From IMG/VR virus record IMGVR_UViG_3300011725_000001, positions 1 through 64,000 of that record: a stretch of 64,000 nt of DNA. One strand, given 5' to 3'. Below, one piece after another: positions 38,654 to 48,243 of this stretch; position 1 is the first letter of the stretch; every line of letters begins with the position of its first letter. Source of the stretch: an uncultured virus (IMG/VR IMGVR_UViG_3300011725_000001) (taxonomy: Duplodnaviria; Heunggongvirae; Uroviricota; Caudoviricetes). Below the pieces are notes generated by a model that saw nothing but the letters and a program-made list of their open reading frames with translations, did not search any database and was not told the origin of the DNA. Position numbers and translations under genes: made by a program.

Positions 38654-40839
38654 TGAGTGAGATCCTTAAAAACCGTATGGTGCTGGACTTCCAGCGCCGC
38701 ACGCAGGGCGCAGAGCTGGCGCAGGCGGTGTATGACGGCCTGATGACCGGCAGCAGCGCGGATATGATGCTGGAAAGCGCCACTATCGACGATATCGATC
38801 ACGCCTACCTGGGTGAAGAAAGCGTGTTACCGGGCGCGATGTTTGAGGCGATCAGCACGGAGCGTATACGCCTGGCGCAGACCATGCGCGCATTTGTGAA
38901 GGCGCTGAACCGTGGCCTGAACGGCACCGACATTATCGCCGGGACCGACGACGCCGGCGCGGACACGACCGGGCAGAAAACCGTGGGCGGCGCGGTGATC
39001 GGCAAAGTGCGCCGCGTGGCCAGCATTCCGGTTCTGAGCGCGCTTATCCCGTTATCCGACGGGCAAACCGTGTCGCTGGTGTTCCACTCACCGACCGCTG
39101 ACAACGGCAAGATCCGTAACCAGGACACGCTGGTAGCCTTTCAGTTCCTGATCAACAAGCGCGACGTGACGCACATCGTTGCGCCGATTGGCGGGCGTGA
39201 CGTGTCGCTGCAGCAGGTGACGCAGGCGCTTTCCAACCTGATCGAGAAGAACAGCGGCAAATTTACGAAGCAGAAGGACGCACAGGCGAAGCTGCGCGCG
39301 GAAGTGGAAACCACGCAGGCTGAGACCGATCAGCTGGCAGAGCAGCAGTCAGCGCTGCTGGAGCAGGTGGACACTCAGACCGCACGCGCGCAGCAGATGC
39401 AGGGCAATGAGCAGACGCTGCGCGGCAAACTCGCCAGCCAGAAACAGCTGAATGCCGACCTTACCGGGCAGCTGGCCGCGCTGCAGCAGGCAAAAGCCAG
39501 CGAGCCGGAAAACACGGACACCTTCAGCGATCGCACTATTCAGGTTAAAGCGCGCCTGAACATGGACGGGCAGGCCACGCTGAGCAACGGCGCGACGGTT
39601 CGTTATCACGTCGATGACCAGAACGGCGAACTGGAAGGCAAAGTGATCATCACCGAAGCCGACGGCACCACGTATGAAATGCCTTCTAAATCCAGCCAGG
39701 GTGCGGAGATGGGTAAAACGGCAACAAAGATGCTGAAAGCCTACCGCACCGGCGCGGCGGAAAAGTACCGCGTTGCTGCTGCTGAGCCAGCCCCGGCACC
39801 GGAACCCGCGCCACAGCCGGAACCTGAGCCATCACCAGCCCCTGAGCCACAGCCGGAACCCGTTACGCCGGCAACCGTCTGGCGCTATGCGCTGGTTAAC
39901 CGTCCGGCAGGTATCGGGGCGGTACCGCCGAACTTTGCCGCCGTGGCGGATCAGCCAGCAGCAGGCGAGCCGTACAGCGGCGTTGCCCGTAACGGCATCA
40001 TTTCCTATGACCGTCCGCTGACTGACAAAGAGATTGCTGACTTTGAGCTGAAGCTGATCCCGACGCATGCGGATCTCGATGCGCTGGCCGCAACCGTGGC
40101 GGAGAAAATGAGCGACTACGCCGCGCAGTATCTGGAAATGTCAGAAGAAGATCCGGAAACCTACGCCAAACAGGTGCGCATGGTGGCCCGTAAGCAACTG
40201 ACCGGCGTGGCATATCCGGAAGGGGAAGATGAGGCCTATTTCACGGGCGCTATCAAAGCCGCGCTGCAGCAGCTGGCAGCAGGTGAAGGAGAAGAGACCG
40301 ACGTGACTGACGATCGTGAAACCAGAGACCCGTTCTGGATTGCTGCCAAACGCGTGGGCGATCTGGTGGGATGGGCGTCTGACCTGGTTAACGCCTGGGC
40401 TCAAATGCGGGGGTATGGCAGTGAGCAGCTGAAGCAGGTAGCGGACATCGTGGAGGCTAATCAGAGTCCTGAGTATCTGAAGGCAGTAGAAACCGCGATG
40501 ATCTCCGGCAAGCGTATTCCGCTGGTGGAGGAACTGAACACTCCGAAACCGGCACCAGAACCACAGCCAGAGCCTGAGCCAGCACCACAGCCGGAACCGG
40601 AGCCCGTGCCGGAAGCAGACTCTGAAGCGCAGAAGGCGATCGACTACCTGCAGGGGCTGACCTCACTTGATACCGACGACATGGACGTGATCCGCGCCGG
40701 CCGCAATCAGGTGCGCGAGGCGATTGCCGCGCTGACGGCTGCAGGCGTGTTTGATGAAAACGAAGCGCTGGTGAACGGCGCGGTGCAGCACCTGAGCGAT
40801 CTGCTGGTGGCCGTACAGCGTAAAGGGGTAGCAGCATGA
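38653..40839 (+). CDS. darA: Defence against restriction protein A
   Basis: LSDGQTVSLVFHSP, coiled coil, WRYALVNRPAGIGAVP domain, PE linkers. Confidence 0.88.
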   Translation: MSEILKNRMVLDFQRRTQGAELAQAVYDGLMTGSSADMMLESATIDDIDHAYLGEESVLPGAMFEAISTERIRLAQTMRAFVKALNRGLNGTDIIAGTDDAGADTTGQKTVGGAVIGKVRRVASIPVLSALIPLSDGQTVSLVFHSPTADNGKIRNQDTLVAFQFLINKRDVTHIVAPIGGRDVSLQQVTQALSNLIEKNSGKFTKQKDAQAKLRAEVETTQAETDQLAEQQSALLEQVDTQTARAQQMQGNEQTLRGKLASQKQLNADLTGQLAALQQAKASEPENTDTFSDRTIQVKARLNMDGQATLSNGATVRYHVDDQNGELEGKVIITEADGTTYEMPSKSSQGAEMGKTATKMLKAYRTGAAEKYRVAAAEPAPAPEPAPQPEPEPSPAPEPQPEPVTPATVWRYALVNRPAGIGAVPPNFAAVADQPAAGEPYSGVARNGIISYDRPLTDKEIADFELKLIPTHADLDALAATVAEKMSDYAAQYLEMSEEDPETYAKQVRMVARKQLTGVAYPEGEDEAYFTGAIKAALQQLAAGEGEETDVTDDRETRDPFWIAAKRVGDLVGWASDLVNAWAQMRGYGSEQLKQVADIVEANQSPEYLKAVETAMISGKRIPLVEELNTPKPAPEPQPEPEPAPQPEPEPVPEADSEAQKAIDYLQGLTSLDTDDMDVIRAGRNQVREAIAALTAAGVFDENEALVNGAVQHLSDLLVAVQRKGVAA

Positions 40840-41249
40840 CGTTAACCGCCCTTGAAAAGCTGGATTTAGCCGACCAGCTGGACGAACTGATTATCAAAGC
40901 CCCGACGGTAAAGGGGCTGGACCTTCTGGATCTTAATGACCAGATGGAAGCAATCATGCTGAAGCTGGGTTATGGCGCAGCGCCGGCACCGGCCACCAGC
41001 GCTCCCGATCCGGTACCGGAGCCAGCGCCCGCCCCGGCGCCGGAGCCACAGCCGGACCCTGCTAAAGAGGATCAGCCCGTCCCGGAAGTGGTTAAAGACT
41101 TTCTGGCCGGGAAGTTTACGCATCAGGCGCAGCTGGATTTTGTAGAGACGCTGCGCAAAGTCGGTGACTACATCGGTGTTTACTTGGCGCTGGACGATGC
41201 GAAAGAGCAAACCGCCAGCTGGATAGCCGCCAGCGGCCTCGCAGCTTAA
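40836..41249 (+). CDS. ddrA: DdrA
   Basis: MTLTALEKLDLADQLDEL; synteny. Confidence 0.78.
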   Translation: MTLTALEKLDLADQLDELIIKAPTVKGLDLLDLNDQMEAIMLKLGYGAAPAPATSAPDPVPEPAPAPAPEPQPDPAKEDQPVPEVVKDFLAGKFTHQAQLDFVETLRKVGDYIGVYLALDDAKEQTASWIAASGLAA

Positions 41250-41253
41250 TCAG

Positions 41254-41280
41254 TAACCCCGTTTCGGCGGGGTTTTTTAT
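41254..41280 (+). terminator. Terminator after ddrA
   Basis: aaccccg-tttcgg-cggggttttt. Confidence 0.7.
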
Positions 41281-41293
41281 TACCGGGATCACA

Positions 41294-42670
41294 ATGCTTA
41301 ACGAGAAATTAAAGAGCCTGCTGGGCGACGCTGGCAGCATTTTTGCCCTGATTGGGCTCGTTGGTTCACTGCGCAAAACAGAGACCCAAACAGGACGATC
41401 GTCCTACGTCGTGACCGGCAAAGGTCAGGAAGTGAAAACTGCGTTTAAGGTGGTGGATGCCCGCGACCTGATTATTTCAAACAACCTCGACGGCACCATT
41501 AATCCGGCGTTCCCGGCAGAGCTGCAGCCGCGCGACCGCACGCGCATGACCAGTAAAGTGCAGGTTTCAAAAATTGCGGGCAACCTGCGGCCGGCGAAGC
41601 TGACCGATTCCGGCATGAGCAGCCACGGCGCGCCCATCGTGGGCGCGGATAACGTGGTGGAGTCAGGCAACGGGCGCTCAATGGGGATCACGCGCGCTTA
41701 TGAGCAGGGGCAGGCCGATGAATACCGGCAGTACCTGATTGAGCACGCGAAAGACTACGGCCTGAAGGCGTCGGATATTGCGCAGATGGATATGCCCGTG
41801 CTGGTGCGTGAGCGCCTGACGGACGTTGACCGGGCGCAGTTTGCGAAAGACTCCAACCTCTCCGATCTGCAGGAAATGGCGGCGAGCGAAAAGGCGTTTG
41901 TGGATGCGGAAATGCTCGACGAACGCCTGATGGCCATCTTCAATCCGTCCGATGACGGCAACCTGCTGGCGCGCTCAAATGACGGCTATATCCGGGCATT
42001 CATGAAAGAGATAGGCGACACGGCAACAGCAGGCCTGCTGACCGACGACGGGCGCCCGACAAAGCAGCTGATTGACCGCATTCAGAATGCGATCTTTGCC
42101 CGCGCCTATAAGGATGAACGGCTGGTAAAGCTGGTATCTGAGGAACCCGATCCGGATATGCGCAACATCCTGACGGCGCTCAATACCGCTGCCAGTGAGT
42201 TTGCGCAAATGCAGACGCTCTCCGGAGACGTTCACCGCCAGGCTGTTACCGGGCTGGTGGACGGCGTGCAGTCGGTGAATGGGCTGGATCAGCAGGCGAT
42301 AGCCGCGCTGCAGGAGGCGATTAAGCTGGTGCGCCAGGCGAAGGACAGCGGGCAGGCGATACAGGAAGTGCTGGCGCAGCAGGGGCTTTTTGAAGAGGCC
42401 AGCAAAGAGGCCGAAGCCCTGGCGCTGTTTATCGTGGCCAACAACCGCAGCGCGAAGCGGATCGGCGCAGCGTTTAAAAAGATGGCGCAGAAGATCAACG
42501 ACGAGCTATTACACCAGCAGCAGGCGCTGGGGGATATGTTCGGCGGCGGTGAGCTGACGCTGAATGAAGTGCTGACGGCGGTATCAGGAGAAATTGAGGA
42601 GGAATTTGGCGAGGGAAAGGGGTTAAGTTTCGCCATGTTTGAATCTGTCAGCGCGCCGGCAACGAACTAA
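41294..42670 (+). CDS. ddrB: DdrB, N-terminal ParB-like portion only
   Basis: ELQPRDR, SSHGAPIVG and VESGNGR; 458 aa, about half of P1 DdrB. Confidence 0.85.
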   Translation: MLNEKLKSLLGDAGSIFALIGLVGSLRKTETQTGRSSYVVTGKGQEVKTAFKVVDARDLIISNNLDGTINPAFPAELQPRDRTRMTSKVQVSKIAGNLRPAKLTDSGMSSHGAPIVGADNVVESGNGRSMGITRAYEQGQADEYRQYLIEHAKDYGLKASDIAQMDMPVLVRERLTDVDRAQFAKDSNLSDLQEMAASEKAFVDAEMLDERLMAIFNPSDDGNLLARSNDGYIRAFMKEIGDTATAGLLTDDGRPTKQLIDRIQNAIFARAYKDERLVKLVSEEPDPDMRNILTALNTAASEFAQMQTLSGDVHRQAVTGLVDGVQSVNGLDQQAIAALQEAIKLVRQAKDSGQAIQEVLAQQGLFEEASKEAEALALFIVANNRSAKRIGAAFKKMAQKINDELLHQQQALGDMFGGGELTLNEVLTAVSGEIEEEFGEGKGLSFAMFESVSAPATN

Positions 42671-42828
42671 TTTTACTGGTTCATAATATGCGTCAGCTCA
42701 GACTTGAGCTGACGGTTTTCACTGGCTGCAAATCATTAAATTTGACCGTCTGCTTTGAGCGAGGAGCGGACATTCGCCCCTCTGTCGTATGTCCTTAAAG
42801 AGCGCACACCAGATATAAAAGAATTGCG

Positions 42829-44031
42829 TTAGTGTACCTTCCTATTTTGACGAGATGTTGCATATGTCATCACTACCGCCCCCAGTAGTAACAAACCACT
42901 TAAACCAAATGCACTTCTCCATCCCAGACTGTCGAATGCCAGACCTCCAGCCGTTGAACCAAGCGCAATCGATAGCTGGATCACCGCAACCATGAGGCCA
43001 CCACCCCTCTCTGCATCTTCGGGTAACGCTCGTGCTATCCATGTCCACCATCCTGTTGGCGCAGCCGTCGCAAGTAGCCCCCACAGGCTTAATAATACGG
43101 CAACGGCCCAGATGTGGTGTCCGACCAGCAGTAACGCACCAGTAATCGCGGCCATAAGCAACGGGATCATGATTAAGGTCTTGTAAAATTTGGCGTTCAG
43201 GAATGTTGAGACGATCATTGTGCCGACAAAACCTGCTATGCCTATTGCAAGCAAAATCAGAGAAAGGTTAGAAGGTCCCACTCTGGTGACGCTCTCCAGA
43301 AAGGGGCGCACGTAGGTAAACAAAGCAAACTGTCCCATAAAGAAGAGCCCGCAGGCAAGCATTCCCGTTGGTACGATGGCAACGCTGAACAGACGAAGCA
43401 CAGACCCCTGTGGTTTTTGTGTTTTATCGCTTTCCATTGAAGGCAGGCTGAACCATTGCCAGAAGAACGCAGCTATCGCAAGAGGGACGAGACATAAAAA
43501 GGCCCCACGCCAACCGACCGTTGTCCCCAGATAACTACCAAGCGGCGCAGCCACAACGGTGGCCAGCGCGTTACCGCCGTTAAAAATTGCCAGTGCGCGG
43601 GGAACCTGGTGCTGTGGCACGAGCCGAATGGCGGTTGCAGCCGACATTGACCAGAACCCTCCGATGACGACGCCAATCAGAGCCCTCCCCAGCATATAAA
43701 TCGGATAGTCAGGCGCCATGGTGATAACTAACCCTGATATGGCCATTAAGACCGTTAGCCCAAGCAGAAGATATTTACGATTCAGGTCTCCGGCAATATG
43801 GGAGATAGTCAGACTGGTCAGCACTGCCAGTGCGCCAGAGACGGCAATTCCTTGCCCTGCCAACCCTTCGGTAACGTGCAAATCGCGGGCAATGAGCGTA
43901 AGCAGGCTGACTGGCATAAACTCAGAAGCGATCAGCACAAACACGCAAAGCGTCATGGCAAATACGCCGCTCCAGTATGCATGCTTTTTTTCGTATGATG
44001 GTTTTAGACTTACAGTAGACATTATTAGCAT
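42829..44031 (-). CDS. MFS transporter (NepI/DHA1-like)
   Basis: About 12 TM segments, ASEFMPVSLL, GRALIG, GWRGAF. Confidence 0.93.
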   Translation of the reverse strand: MLIMSTVSLKPSYEKKHAYWSGVFAMTLCVFVLIASEFMPVSLLTLIARDLHVTEGLAGQGIAVSGALAVLTSLTISHIAGDLNRKYLLLGLTVLMAISGLVITMAPDYPIYMLGRALIGVVIGGFWSMSAATAIRLVPQHQVPRALAIFNGGNALATVVAAPLGSYLGTTVGWRGAFLCLVPLAIAAFFWQWFSLPSMESDKTQKPQGSVLRLFSVAIVPTGMLACGLFFMGQFALFTYVRPFLESVTRVGPSNLSLILLAIGIAGFVGTMIVSTFLNAKFYKTLIMIPLLMAAITGALLLVGHHIWAVAVLLSLWGLLATAAPTGWWTWIARALPEDAERGGGLMVAVIQLSIALGSTAGGLAFDSLGWRSAFGLSGLLLLGAVVMTYATSRQNRKVH

Positions 44032-44199
44032 CCCTTAATATCGAACCAGCCAGATTCAGGCGCAGTCGGGTCAGAAGTTATTCAGGGAATAACGACATAA
44101 TAGGTGGGTGAGAATATGGGGCGATGTGACATATTCTGCGTCACACCAGGCAGGTAAAAGCCACCCGTTTATGACAGGTGGCCTGGTAAACCTTTCGGG

Positions 44200-45336
44200 T
44201 TACCTTAAGTTTGCTTTGAAAAATTGCTCAAATTTGGCAAATGGGATCTTACCCGCAACGTTGTCGTACAGATCAACATGGTTTGCCCCAGGGACAATCA
44301 CTAACTCTTTCTCTTTGCTGCCGATTGCCTTAAAGGCATCTTCAGCAAAATAGCGTGAATGGGCTTTTTCGCCGGTCACGATGAGTGTAGGGATAGTAAC
44401 TTCATTGGCGTAACTCAGCAGCGGCATATTCATAAATGACAGCGGCATGGTTGCATTCCAGGCACCGGTTGAGTTGACCGAACGCTCATGGAAACCACGC
44501 GGCATGCGGTAATAATCAAAGAACTCTTTCAATACTGGGTTAGGATTCGCGGGCAGAGTTTCCGGCAGAATACGATCGGAAGCGGTGACGTTGCCCTTCT
44601 CATCAACATAAATGTCATGCCCGCCTGGCGCGAAAGCGCCATTTTCCGCATCCTTCCAGCGCTGCTTGTTCAGATACTGCAATACGGCACGACGATCGGC
44701 AGTGGTATAGCGGTCTTTGCCATCGCCCACGCCATGCCCCATCGCACGGCTCATGTCATACATCACGCTGGTCGCCACCGCCTTGACACGCGTGTCCATC
44801 GCGGCGTCGTTTAAGGCCATGCCGCCCCATCCGCAGATACCGAGCAGCCCGATACGGTTGCGATCCACCTCTTTTTGCAGGCCTAAGAAATCAACCGCCG
44901 CGCTGAAATCCTCGGTGTTGATATCCGGAGATGCGACGTTGCGCGGGTAGCCGCCGCTTTCGCCCGTGTATGAAGGGTCGAAAGCCAGAGTGACAAATCC
45001 CTGTTCAGCCAGCGTCTGCGCATACAGGCCGCTGGATTGCTCTTTCACCGCCCCGAAGGGGCCGCTAACAGCAATAGCTGCCAGCTTGCGATCCCCACGA
45101 TCCTTCGGGATGTAGAGATCCCCGACTAAGGTGATCCCGTATCGGTTCGGAAAGGTCACCTTACGGTGATCAACTTTCGTGCTCTCAGCAAAAGTTTTAT
45201 CCCATTTCTCGACCAGCGAAACGGGCGCGTTCGGATTGGCTGTATCAGCGTAACTCATATTTGTGACTCCACTTAATGATGCGCATAACAACAGGGCGGG
45301 TATCGCAGTTGTCAATTTTTGGGTGAAAGCAGTCAT
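44200..45336 (-). CDS. Alpha/beta hydrolase (YcjY-like) with probable signal peptide
   Basis: GPFGAVKEQ, FDPSYTGESGG, nucleophile elbow GICGWGG, HVDLYD; start at MTAFTQ assumed. Confidence 0.9.
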   Translation of the reverse strand: MTAFTQKLTTAIPALLLCASLSGVTNMSYADTANPNAPVSLVEKWDKTFAESTKVDHRKVTFPNRYGITLVGDLYIPKDRGDRKLAAIAVSGPFGAVKEQSSGLYAQTLAEQGFVTLAFDPSYTGESGGYPRNVASPDINTEDFSAAVDFLGLQKEVDRNRIGLLGICGWGGMALNDAAMDTRVKAVATSVMYDMSRAMGHGVGDGKDRYTTADRRAVLQYLNKQRWKDAENGAFAPGGHDIYVDEKGNVTASDRILPETLPANPNPVLKEFFDYYRMPRGFHERSVNSTGAWNATMPLSFMNMPLLSYANEVTIPTLIVTGEKAHSRYFAEDAFKAIGSKEKELVIVPGANHVDLYDNVAGKIPFAKFEQFFKANLR

Positions 45337-45497
45337 CAAAATCCCCTTCATAAAACGTGCCAGAAACAGGTTTCCTACGGACAACGCTGCTGTGCTTTGT
45401 TGCAATGCGCACATTATAGTTAGCAGAAATAGTACTGATTAGAGGGTGAAAAATGCTAAGATTGATAACATATTGTTCTGAATTGTGATGCGGCAGC

Positions 45498-46394
45498 ATG
45501 GGAAGGATGATGGCGAAACGGGAAAACTATAACGATCTCTATCTGTTTATGCAGGTCGTGCGAGAAGGGAGTTTTACTGCCGCCGCGCAGAGGCTTGGCC
45601 TGGCGCAGTCAGGAATTAGTCGTGCAGTGCGCGAGCTGGAAGAACGACTGGGCGTGCAGCTTCTGGTGCGTACCACGCGCAAGTTATCGCTCACCCATGC
45701 CGGCGAGTTGCTCTATCGAACCGTCGAATCTGGATTTGACGCTTTAGATATGGGGCTTGCCACGCTGGCCCATTATCGCCATACCCCATCGGGTACGGTC
45801 CGTATTAATGCCAGTCAGCACGCCATTGATAAAGTGCTGCTGCCGAAGCTGGCGGTGTTTAAACAACGCTACCCAGATATTCGGCTGGAGCTCATCAGCG
45901 AAAGCCGGTTTGTCGATATTATTGCTGAGCGCTTCGATGCCGGTATACGTCTGGGCTCGGAAGTAGGTAGCGGTATGGTCGCTGTGCGCATTTCGCCCGA
46001 TATGGAGATGGCCGTTGTCGGCACGCCCGAGCACTTTCGTCGCTACGGATTTCCGCAAACTCCCTCCGATTTAGTTATTCATCCCTGCATCGCTTACCAG
46101 TTTGGAGACGGCAGCCTGTATGCATGGGAACTCAATCAAGACGGTAAAAAGATAACCCATCAGCCTCAGGGACAATGGGCCTTTGCTGACAGCTATATGG
46201 AAGCCAAAGCAGCCCGGCTAGGCCTGGGACTGGCTTATGTTCCGGAGGAATTAGTTTCTGATGATATAGAACAGGGGGCGCTGATCAGAGTTTTGCAATG
46301 CTACAGTCAGCGCCTGGAAGGTTCATATATCTATTATCCGCACCGCAATGTGTCACCCGCTCTAAGAGCGGTTATCGATACATTGAGAATTTAA
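45498..46394 (+). CDS. LysR-family regulator, divergent
   Basis: GSFTAAAQRLG...ELEERLGVQLLVRTTRKLSLT HTH plus substrate-binding domain. Confidence 0.95.
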   Translation: MGRMMAKRENYNDLYLFMQVVREGSFTAAAQRLGLAQSGISRAVRELEERLGVQLLVRTTRKLSLTHAGELLYRTVESGFDALDMGLATLAHYRHTPSGTVRINASQHAIDKVLLPKLAVFKQRYPDIRLELISESRFVDIIAERFDAGIRLGSEVGSGMVAVRISPDMEMAVVGTPEHFRRYGFPQTPSDLVIHPCIAYQFGDGSLYAWELNQDGKKITHQPQGQWAFADSYMEAKAARLGLGLAYVPEELVSDDIEQGALIRVLQCYSQRLEGSYIYYPHRNVSPALRAVIDTLRI

Positions 46395-46535
46395 GGGATA
46401 AAGATGAGGTGGTTCGCAGGCCTGGGTAATAGTTGAAAAACAACGTCCGCTCCTGGCACAAAGCGGACTGCAGGTGCTTAATGCCCGCTATGAGCTAACA
46501 CACAATGGCCGCATCATGCGGCTTTTCTTCCCACC

Positions 46536-46558
46536 GCAAATTACAAACTCCATAAAGT
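46536..46558 (+). promoter_or_regulatory. Putative late promoter (endolysin)
   Basis: GCAAATTACAAAC-N4-TAAAGT. Confidence 0.78.
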
Positions 46559-46590
46559 CCCGCTCTCAATAATTACAGAGTGGTATCACA

Positions 46591-47082
46591 ATGGAGCAAT
46601 CCGCAAACCGTAAAGCCTTTGGCGACATGCTGGCGTTCTCAGAAGGCACCAGTACTCACCCATTAACCCGCATGCGTGGCTATGACGTTATCGTGACCGG
46701 GCTGGGCGACAAGCTGGGCGAAATATTCACTGACTTCACCGATCACCCGTTCACAAATCGCAGCCCGAAAAAACTCAATAAGCATGGTCTGGCCTCGACT
46801 GCAGCAGGGCGTTATCAGCAGCTTTACCGCTACTGGCCGGTTTACAAAAAACAGCTGAAACTGCCCGACTTCAGCCCCGTGTCACAGGAGCGCTTGCTTG
46901 ACCAGCTGCTGAAAGAGCAGGGCGCGTATGCCGACGTTCACGCCGGACGAATCCGCACGGCCATTGGCAAAACCAACGATATCTGGGCGTCGCTCACTGG
47001 ATCGCCGTATGGTCAGAAAACGCACGCGCTTGAAACGCTGCTGACTGCCTATCGTGATGCTGGTGGGACAGTTACCGATTAA
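46591..47082 (+). CDS. Lambda-R-type endolysin (lytic transglycosylase)
   Basis: RKAFGDMLAFSEGT, GYDVIV, STAAGRYQ, LPDFSPVSQ, IWASL..SPYGQ. Confidence 0.93.
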   Translation: MEQSANRKAFGDMLAFSEGTSTHPLTRMRGYDVIVTGLGDKLGEIFTDFTDHPFTNRSPKKLNKHGLASTAAGRYQQLYRYWPVYKKQLKLPDFSPVSQERLLDQLLKEQGAYADVHAGRIRTAIGKTNDIWASLTGSPYGQKTHALETLLTAYRDAGGTVTD

Positions 47083-47966
47083 GCGCCTCTGAACCCTTCC
47101 GGGATCGCGTAGTTATCGTGCTTCAGACCGTCGCCGGCAAAATTACCCGTCTGGCGGCGGCTTTCTGGTTTTCGGCCTGCAGCTGCTTTGGGCTTAAACG
47201 TGGATTTGATGTAGCCGTACACCTTGTGCATCAGCTGGCCGTTGCGCTGGTATGCCTCTGCGCGGCGCTGTTTGTCTGCTGCTGCTGATCCTGCTTCCAA
47301 GCTTTGCAGTGATTCCTGATAAATCCCGAATTTTTTCTCTGGCGCTGGTGGCTCTGACGCAATCTCTTTCGATTCCGAAATTGCTGACTCACTGTATTGT
47401 GTTTCTCTTGTTCTGGAGAGATCTCTTACTTCTTGTTGGTCATTTTGACCAGGGGTAGCCTGTTCATTCTGACCAGGGGTAGCGAGGGTGAAATTTAATT
47501 TTGAGAAGGTGTCAGCAACGATTCTCCGGACGAGACTCTGACGCCCCGCAGGCTGAAGATTAGCCGCTTTCAGTTCAGCCAGACTCGCCTGTACAAAAGC
47601 CAGTGCTTTGCTGGTGAACGTGTACTTGCTGGGCTTACTCCATTTGTGGTTATTTTTGCAGCGCTGCTCCTCATGAGTGAGGATGCCGAGTTTAACCGCC
47701 AGGCGATAAGCGCGCTGTACGGTAGAAACGCTCACGCCTGCTTCTTCTGCCAGGGTGCTGAGGGATTTGATGATCTCAAATCTGGACGTTGAACACGCCA
47801 GATTACACGCGAATTTCAGTACGCGAGTGAGTGATTTTGGAAGAGGTGAAAGCTCAATAACGTGGGTGAAATCATACCCGGTAATTCGTACAGGGTTTTG
47901 CTTATTATCTGAGCAATGCAAGGGAAAAGAGTTGCCGTGATCGGCGTTTTTAGCTACTATCTTCAC
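47079..47966 (-). CDS. repL: Lytic replication initiator
   Basis: HTH LAEEAGVSVSTVQRAY, TPGQN repeats, C-terminal IPEGFRG as in P1 RepL. Confidence 0.9.
   Translation of the reverse strand: MKIVAKNADHGNSFPLHCSDNKQNPVRITGYDFTHVIELSPLPKSLTRVLKFACNLACSTSRFEIIKSLSTLAEEAGVSVSTVQRAYRLAVKLGILTHEEQRCKNNHKWSKPSKYTFTSKALAFVQASLAELKAANLQPAGRQSLVRRIVADTFSKLNFTLATPGQNEQATPGQNDQQEVRDLSRTRETQYSESAISESKEIASEPPAPEKKFGIYQESLQSLEAGSAAADKQRRAEAYQRNGQLMHKVYGYIKSTFKPKAAAGRKPESRRQTGNFAGDGLKHDNYAIPEGFRGA
47441..47483. repeat. Probable oriL direct repeats within repL
   Basis: CATT(T/C)TGACCAGGGGTAGC at 47441-47459 and 47465-47483. P1 oriL lies inside repL. Confidence 0.65.
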
Positions 47967-48001
47967 TGGTTATTTCCTTCCCTGTGAATGGATATTTCCA
48001 T
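47963..48001 (-). CDS. Putative 12-aa repL leader peptide
   Basis: CAGGAG RBS, MEISIHREGNNQ*; the TGA overlaps the repL GTG (GTGA). Confidence 0.5.
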   Translation of the reverse strand: MEISIHREGNNQ

Positions 48002-48102
48002 TGATTTACTCCTGTAAGTAGGTAGTACGGCGCAATGCCGTTGTGGCGCTAACCACATAAAGTTGTAGAAAAATCGACTGTGTCCAGCAGGCGATTTTTT
48101 TT
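47967..48102 (+). ncRNA. Putative antisense RNA to the repL leader
   Basis: TTGCCG-N17-TACTAT at 47932-47960; hairpin plus T8 terminator at 48069-48102. Confidence 0.55.
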
Positions 48103-48137
48103 GTTCTGACCAGGTTTGCCGGTTTGGTCAGATGCGG

Positions 48138-48166
48138 ATAATAAACGTGATCTGTAAAAGGATCAA
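48138..48166 (-). promoter_or_regulatory. Sigma70 promoter for repL
   Basis: TTGATC-N17-TATTAT on the minus strand. Confidence 0.65.
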
Positions 48167-48243
48167 CACAGGTAAGAATTTTCCGGTGTTTTAGAATCCG
48201 CTCCGAGAAACGCCCTGTATAGGGCGTACTCTCCTTATACCCT

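Larger units (their letters stand above)
42691..46496. mobile_element. Cargo cassette (MFS, hydrolase, LysR) bounded by inverted hairpin repeats, no transposase
   Basis: GTCTGCTTTGAGCGAGGAGCGGAC (42748-42771) versus the reverse complement of 46445-46468, GTCCGCTTTGTGCCAGGAGCGGAC: 21/24 identical. Confidence 0.6.

Noticed and set aside
39780..41060. Tandem DNA repeats in darA and ddrA
   Set aside because: Explained by Pro-Glu linker codons.
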